Source of the DNA: Macrostomum lignano | Lineage: Eukaryota | Direction of reading: 5' to 3' | Length of the DNA stretch: 64,000 nucleotides | Assembly: GCA_002269645.1 (NCBI GenBank) | Contig: NIVC01000108.1 | Location: 496,001-560,000 of the forward strand | In this document: positions 58,001 to 64,000 of the stretch, one piece after another | Numbering within the stretch: the first letter of the stretch is position 1 | Layout of the letters: every line of letters begins with the position of its first letter | The notes under the pieces: model-generated | Told to the model about the DNA's origin: nothing | Databases searched by the model: none | Seen by the model: only the letters and a program-made list of their open reading frames with translations | Translations under genes and position numbers: made by a program

Positions 58001-59409
58001 CCCAGGGCACCTCTCACATTCAGAGGGCAGAGTTTCGGGTAAGTATGCAGTCCAAGCCTTTCTCAGTGTCTACTTCTCAGATTCTACTTTTCAGATTCTA
58101 CTTCTCAGATTCTACTTCTCAGATTCTAATTCTCAGATTCTACTTCTCAGATTCTACTTCTCAGATTCTAATTCTCAGATTCTACTTTTCAGCGTCGACT
58201 TTTAATGTCTTCGCTCTTGTGTCTACTTAGCTTTTCCTACTTCTTAGTGTCCACTTCTTAGTGTCTACTCCTCAGTGTCTACTTCTTAGTGCGTATTTCT
58301 CATAGTCTACTTCTCAAGGTCTAATTCTCATAGTCTACTTCTCATAGTCTACTTCTCATAGTCTACTTCTCATAGTCTACTTCTCATAGTCTAATTCTCA
58401 TAGTCTATTTCTCAGATTCTACTTCTCAGATTCTACTTCTCAGATTCTACTTCTCAGATTCTACTTCTCAGATTCTACTTCTCAGATTCTACTTCTCAGA
58501 TTCTACTTCTCAGTACCTACTTCTCATAGTCCAATCGACTATCAGCAAACCAGAGCCAATCCCCACACGCATCCGCAGGCCCTGGTGCAGGAGTTCAAGC
58601 TGCCGCTGACCCCAACAGAAATCGACACGCTTTCTAAGAAATTTGAGCCCAGAGGCAACGGCCGGTAAGAAAAAAGAAGAGTTTTTTATTAATTTGATGC
58701 GAATTTCGCTCACCAGCCCCATCCCCATCTCCAGCTTCAACTATTTGGACTTTCTGAAGCGATTCGTCAAGAAGGCTGACGAGCGAACTGGAGCAGTGCT
58801 CAGCGACAAGGTCAGACACTGCTGACAGCTGACAATATTTTTACTGTTTGATGTATCAGATCATTGCCGCTAATTGTTGGATGCCGGCTCCTGTTGCAGA
58901 AAACTGGCGCCAGAGTTCGAGTTGAAGAAATCGTTGAGCGAATGCGGGAGAAGGTGAGCGGTGAATTGTGATAAATGACGAACAAAAATAATTATTCAAG
59001 AATTGTAAAATTTATGGACATTTAATTTTGCTTTAATATTAAAGTACACGTAAGACAGTAAAGTACAAGTTATAGACAGTAAAGTACAAGTTATAGACAG
59101 TAAAGTACAAGTTATAGACAGTAAAGTACAAGTTAAACACAGTAAAGTGCAAGCTGAAGCCAATCTCCGCCACCCCGCCAGCTGCTATTCGAGTGGAAGA
59201 GCCTCCTGCTGGCATTCCGCAAGTTCGACGCGCAGAAGACGGGCCACCTGACCGAGGCGGAGCTGCGCCGCGTGGTGCAGAGCTGCGGCTTCCGGCTGTC
59301 CGAAGACGACCTGTTCATCCTACTGACCGAGTTCGACTTGGACTTGGACGGCCGGGTCAACTACCAGGAGTTTGTCATGCAGCTGCTGGACGTGGCCGAG
59401 TCACCCTAA
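52005..59409 (+). CDS. EFCAB6: EFCAB6-like multi-EF-hand protein, 17 exons
   Basis: Exons 52005-52164, 52257-52318, 52410-52507, 52828-53211, 54007-54220, 54315-54353, 54532-54693, 54961-55229, 55496-55606, 55688-55867, 56348-56680, 57250-57401, 57788-58038, 58580-58665, 58734-58810, 58900-58953, 59182-59409; phase-consistent. Repeated degenerate EF-hand pairs (FKASDPARNGRV, FRHCDALQDG, YKQMDRRNTGRLS, LRHLDPQGTSHI, FRKFDAQKTGHLT, FDLDLDGRVNYQEF) in the EFCAB6 pattern. Confidence 0.75.
52603..52805. repeat. Intronic minisatellite, 18-bp unit with TGACTCA (alternating A/B units)
   Basis: CTATGACTCAAACACCAT and CTATGACTCAAGCACCGT alternate; 10 TGACTCA. Confidence 0.95.
53256..53650. repeat. Intronic minisatellite, 20-bp unit GATTCGACAGGTGTGTCAG(G/A)
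   Basis: Array in EFCAB6-like intron 4. Confidence 0.92.
54703..54885. repeat. Intronic minisatellite, 17-bp unit GGATTTGATTGGTTCAG
   Basis: Array containing TGATTGG (reverse CCAATCA). Confidence 0.9.
55252..55468. repeat. Intronic minisatellite based on GGGACTGGCTGAGAT
   Basis: 15-bp and 40-bp compound units. Confidence 0.88.
55890..56300. repeat. Intronic minisatellite, 30-bp unit ACTAGATCTAGCTG(T/C)(C/A)GATCTAAATGAGGA
   Basis: About 13 units, each with the palindrome CTAGATCTAG. Confidence 0.95.
56706..57185. repeat. Intronic minisatellite, 24-bp unit with TGAGTCA
   Basis: ATGAGTCACTCTATGATGCGAT(T/G)G; 17 TGAGTCA in the array plus one at 57213. Confidence 0.95.
57455..57715. repeat. 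Intronic minisatellite, 55-bp unit containing AGCCAATCAGAG
   Basis: About 4.5 units with period 55 (57481, 57536, 57591). Confidence 0.9.
58060..58530. repeat. Intronic minisatellite, 14-bp unit TACTTCTCAGATTC / TACTTCTCATAGTC
   Basis: Array in EFCAB6-like intron 13. Confidence 0.92.
59055..59145. repeat. Intronic repeat, 21-bp unit AGACAGTAAAGTACAAGTTAT
   Basis: About 4 units in the last intron. Confidence 0.88.
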
Positions 59410-59610
59410 TCGGGCCCGAGATTTTTATGAGTAGCAAGTGGCGAGTGCGAACGATTTTTTTACGAGCTGGATGAAAAAACCAATATTCAATAAATTATAG
59501 CTCTACCCAAAGTAGCCTACTTACTTAGTAGAGCAAAAGGCATGTGAAACAGAATTGATAAAAATCTGTCCGTAATTTATGAAATAGCTTGGTAGCTCAG
59601 GGCTCGAGAG

Positions 59611-60078
59611 CTAAGGATTGGGAGCTAAGGATCGGGAGCTAAGGATTGGGAGCTAAGGATCGGGAGCTAAGGATCGGAAGCTAAGGATCGGAAGCTAAGG
59701 ATCGGGAGCTAAGAATTGGGAGCTAAGGATCGGGAGCTAAGGATCGGGAGCTAAGGATCGGGAGCTAAGGATCGGGAGCTAAGGATCGGGAGCTAAGGAT
59801 TGGAAGCTAAGGATCGGGAGCTAAGGATCGGGAGCTAAGGATCGGGAGCTAAGGATCGGGAGCTAAGGATCGGGAGCTAAGGATCGGGAGCTAAGGATCG
59901 GGAGCTAAGGATCGGGAGCTAAGGATCGGGAGCTAAGGATCGGGAGCTAAGGATCGGGAGCTAAGGATCGGGAGCTAAGGATCGGGAGCTAAGGATCGGG
60001 AGCTAAGGATCGGGAGCTAAGGATCGGGAGCTAAGGATCGGGAGCTAAGGATCGGGAGCTAAGGATCGGGAGCTAAGG
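59611..60078. repeat. Minisatellite, 14-bp unit GGGAGCTAAGGATC
   Basis: About 33 near-perfect units 3' of the EFCAB6-like gene. Confidence 0.97.
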
Positions 60079-61319
60079 GCTCAATAGCTCAGTAAATTCA
60101 TGCATAAAGAATAAGCGCTCGCCAAGGCAGCAGTCCTAGTAAAATGCTAAAATGCTATAATACTACTTCTGAAATCATTATTGTCAGTAGTATGTTGTTT
60201 TACTGTCTTGTTGCTAGGTGATTTCTCGTGCCTCTATAAATTAAAGCTCCAAGATAGGGTGATGACGCAGAGAAGCGGTGGTCAACATCAATATTTTGCA
60301 CCAATCATAAAAAATCAATTTACCTGCTTGTCGCGAGACTATTTTTGTCCGCCGTGATTTTTTCTCGTTTTATTAAATATTTTATTTTGTTTAACTACGT
60401 AAATATTTTGTTATATTTCAATATGCTATATTTGTTATTAATCTATATGCGTCTTCAAACCAGGGATTAAAGCCGTTAGCTTATGGATTAACATGCCATT
60501 GTTTGCTGCATTGCTATAATTTTTGTTTTAATGTGCACAAGCCCCTACGCGCTAAAATTCGAATTGATGATAATTTTGTTTTATTTTTCTCCCTCAAACC
60601 CCATGCACGCTGGTTGAATCGGACAATATTATCATTTACTTCCGAGTACAAGAGAAGTTTGACGTGACATGCATATTGTCTTCGTATTTATATGCCTGAC
60701 TTTTTAACCAATTAGAGACATTTTCTGATTTCAAAACCTCTTTTTGTTTTATTGATATTAACGAATTCTGTCCATCAGTGGCACGCGGCTAATTTTATCC
60801 GTACTTGAGCGCTCCGACAATGATGGCTTCGAGGCGAAATACACCTCACAGACGCCTGCTAGCATCTCAAAGCAGGACCAAAATTGCCAGTTCGTAAACA
60901 GGCATTGCAGCTCAGATCCGCTGTTGTTGCCGTGCTGTTGCACTCAATTATTCACACAGAAACAGCTGCTCAGCAGGGCTGCTGAGTGCTGAGAACGACA
61001 GCGCCCTTGGCTGTTAACATAATTGCTTCATCATTCACTGCGCGGGGAGAGGGGCAGCTCATTGTTCTCAGAAAGTGGAGTTCTATGGGCAGAAAAATAT
61101 TCTAATTTTAGCAGCCCGACTCAGAACTCAGAACAAACAAGATGTTTATTGGGCTGTTATCGTGTTTACTAGTGCGGCAATAAACAGCATCACATAAACT
61201 GCCTATATCAATCCAACACGGGAGCATTGAGCAATTCCCAATCAACTCAGAAGAGTGAAATTCGCTGACACAGCATTGAGTTCGGTAAGCGGATCGCGAC
61301 ATTGCTGCTCTGATTGTTC

Positions 61320-61546
<227 letters not shown>

Positions 61547-61619
61547 TTTTTCACTAAAAGAAAACTTTAGACTATGCTTTCAAGTCTGCCAAACGAAGAG
61601 GCAGCAGGTGTCCCACTAA

Positions 61620-61629
61620 GTCACGTGAC
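61620..61629. promoter_or_regulatory. GTCACGTGAC palindromic E-box (USF/MiT-TFE CLEAR type)
   Basis: Perfect 10-bp palindrome ~345 bp upstream of the ATG at 61974; TATA-like CATAAAA at 61884-61890. Confidence 0.4.
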
Positions 61630-61973
61630 CTGCGGCTCCCTTGTCAGCGCCACTGTTAATCCGCTGTAGCCAAGTCACTAATTCGAAGCTATAAAAATCC
61701 ATTTATGGAGTTGAATGCGGCAGTCACAGCTGGTGTTTACACCAGCTGCCACTCAGCTCAGAACATGTCGGGGCAGTCAATCCAGTTGCACTGATCCCTC
61801 AGGCTTTCATGGTGACAGAGGATTATCAGCCGAAATCCTTGGCCACGCAGCGGGTGGGTGGCAAATCCCCAGCAACTGAAAGGCATAAAAGGCCCCCAAA
61901 ATCGCCCCCAAAATTTTGCTTCAACTTTGCCGAACTCTGATTTTAAACATTCCCGCAGCTTCTGCCAGCAGCC

Positions 61974-62330
61974 ATGCTCTCCAACCTCTGCCTCTGCATC
62001 CTTCTGGCCGCATCAGCCAGCCTCTCCCTGGCCTGCAGCCCCGCCAGCGTCACGGACACGCTGGTCATCGGAGGCCGCACCATCAGCCAGGAGCTGGTGA
62101 ACAAGTACATCGAGCAGTTCAGCAGCTGCCTGAAGCTGTTCCCCGGCTCAACCAACAGCACATTCCGTACTGGGCGCATTGAGCAGTTCAGCTGCATGAG
62201 CTGCTTCTGGGGCGACTGCCTGCTGGCCGGCAAGCTGCCGCCAGACGATGGAGACTGCAGGTCGTACCGCGGCCCGGACTGCAGGGTGTACCAGGGCCTG
62301 GCCAATGACATGTCTCAGCCCTGCAGCTGA
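61974..62330 (+). CDS. Secreted cysteine-rich protein (118 aa), intronless
   Basis: GCCATG start, hydrophobic signal peptide MLSNLCLCILLAASASLSLA, 8 Cys in the mature chain, GC3-rich codons like the host genes, AATAAA at 62470-62475. Confidence 0.8.
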   Translation: MLSNLCLCILLAASASLSLACSPASVTDTLVIGGRTISQELVNKYIEQFSSCLKLFPGSTNSTFRTGRIEQFSCMSCFWGDCLLAGKLPPDDGDCRSYRGPDCRVYQGLANDMSQPCS

Positions 62331-62689
62331 GCGCTTCGATTGAGGTCCCGAACTCGCTCCCCAATTATTTATAGTCTAACGTTTATAATATACTTTCCTC
62401 GCAATACAAAAGCAATGCACTGATAAACACGGTGAATCTGAAATCATGAAATCATATGCATTGTGCAATAATAAACTTCAAAACTGTGTTGCTTTGAATT
62501 TCGATAAAATCGATAATGTTTAATAATTCAGAACGAAAGAATGCTGCTTCATAAGTGCGCTATCATGCATACTACTTGGAAAAGTGAACTCTCAGTAGTT
62601 GATCAATTATTTATGAAATGCACCCAAACTTAGGCCTTATGCTTTCAGAGCCGTCGTCTGGTTTGGCTAATTTCTACCTTTATCTGCTT

Positions 62690-63062
62690 TGCCTACTTTA
62701 TCTACTTTATCTACTTTATCCACTATATCTACTATATCTACTTTATCTACTTTATCTACTTTATCTACTTTATCTACTTTATATGCTATATCTATTTTAT
62801 CTACTATATCTACTTTATCTACTATATCTACTTTATCTACTTTATCTACTTTATCTACTTTATCTACTTTATCTACTTTATCTACTTTATCTACTTTATA
62901 TGCTATATCTACTTTATCTACTTTATCTACTTTATCTACTTTATCTACTTTATCTACTTTATCTACTTTATCTACTTTATCTACTTTATCTACTTTATAT
63001 GCTATATCTATTTTATCTACTATATCTACTATATCTACTATATCTACTTCATCTACTTCATC
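62690..63062. repeat. Minisatellite, 9-bp unit TCTACTTTA
   Basis: About 40 units. Confidence 0.95.
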
Positions 63063-63602
63063 CACCCTAGCCAGTCTGTGCTCACCTACTTCAACTACCT
63101 GAGCCAATATGCTCATCAAGCTAAGCAGCTCAGCCCATCTGAGTAATCGTCATAAATCTTCGAGCCTCGCCCTGACAGGAACTCAATAAAGCGAGTTGTA
63201 TTGGTGAAAAAGCAATATCCCAAGCAGAAGGCTCTTTCCTGTCTGCTTTTCTGCGAATTTCTGGGCTATATTCTAAAAAAGTTCCCAACAATCTTTTTAA
63301 AAGATTTGAAAAATGCAAGCTAAGCTTACTGCTTAGTCTATGTCCTAAACCGTAGCAGAGCAGCATATCCTGCAGTTTTAAAATAGATCCTACAAACTAT
63401 GCTATTTTTAGAAGTCAATGAGTCAGCCCAGCGCCAAGTGGGGGATGGGCCATAGACAGTCTTCGCACTGAATCAATGATCTTGAGGCCATAGACATCCT
63501 GCCTTCCTGTTGACCTGAAGGAGGCCCCAGTGCAAGTTGAGTCGCCTCAATATGCTCTGCTTTATACTGACAAAAGCTTAAGTAGCACTTTCTGCTGCCC
63601 TG

Positions 63603-64000
63603 ATGATCCCAGCATCCGTCATGACCTCGGAGTTCTCCGCCAGCTCGCAACTGCCGCAGTGGACGGTGCAGACCAGAGGCCAGGGCCGCCTGCCGGCCGA
63701 GTCCAAGTGCGAGCTGTTCACCAGCCTGGGCGTGCCCACCTGCTTCTACCCGTTCGCCGTGTTCCGGCTGAACCGGCGGGATGAAAGCGCCGAGCCCTGC
63801 TGGGCGCTGCGCGGCCATCCGGGATTTCTGCACCACGCCGAGCTGCTGGAGTTCTACACGAGCCTCTGGTCCAGCCTGGGCATCAACAGCAGCTGCTTTG
63901 AGGCCGGCTGGGTGCGCACGGTGCAGCTGCCAACCGCGCTGTCCATGCTGTTTGCCTGCGACTCCTCGGTGCACGCGCTGTCAACCGCGGACGCCTGCCT
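63603..64000 (+). CDS. Open reading frame running off the window end, product unknown
   Basis: No stop from 63603 (MIPASVMTSEFSASSQLPQW..CELFTSLGVPTCFYPFAVF..) to 64000; GC3-rich codons; possible AG acceptor near 63585. Confidence 0.55.
   Translation, partial: MIPASVMTSEFSASSQLPQWTVQTRGQGRLPAESKCELFTSLGVPTCFYPFAVFRLNRRDESAEPCWALRGHPGFLHHAELLEFYTSLWSSLGINSSCFEAGWVRTVQLPTALSMLFACDSSVHALSTADAC

Overview
Eukaryotic (animal) genomic DNA with GC-rich exons, AT-rich spacers and almost every intron filled by its own minisatellite. This style is consistent with a flatworm such as Macrostomum, but that is inference only. The left ~27 kb is a nested transposon cluster. It holds two spliced Helitron RepHel copies (one with STPR repeats and an OTU protease, the other followed by an RPA70-like gene), a Ty3/Gypsy LTR element inserted in the first Helitron, a Crypton-type tyrosine recombinase next to a small secreted-peptide gene, a ~220-bp inverted-repeat element inside a Helitron intron, two head-to-tail non-autonomous Helitrons, and P-element and Merlin transposase relics. 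A CCATAGAC/GTCTATGG motif recurs 15 times in the window, mostly in this cluster. The right ~37 kb holds four likely ciliary genes: RPGR-like (9 exons, C-terminal CaaX), a short MAP9-like paralog with a perfect RFX X-box, MAP9-like (5 exons, a nearly intact Gypsy in intron 1) and EFCAB6-like (17 exons). These are followed by an intronless Cys-rich secreted-protein gene and a truncated ORF at the right edge. Several intronic minisatellites are built from AP-1, ETS or NF-Y consensus sites. No rRNA, tRNA or CRISPR array was seen. All exon boundaries were derived by eye from GT-AG and reading-frame consistency.
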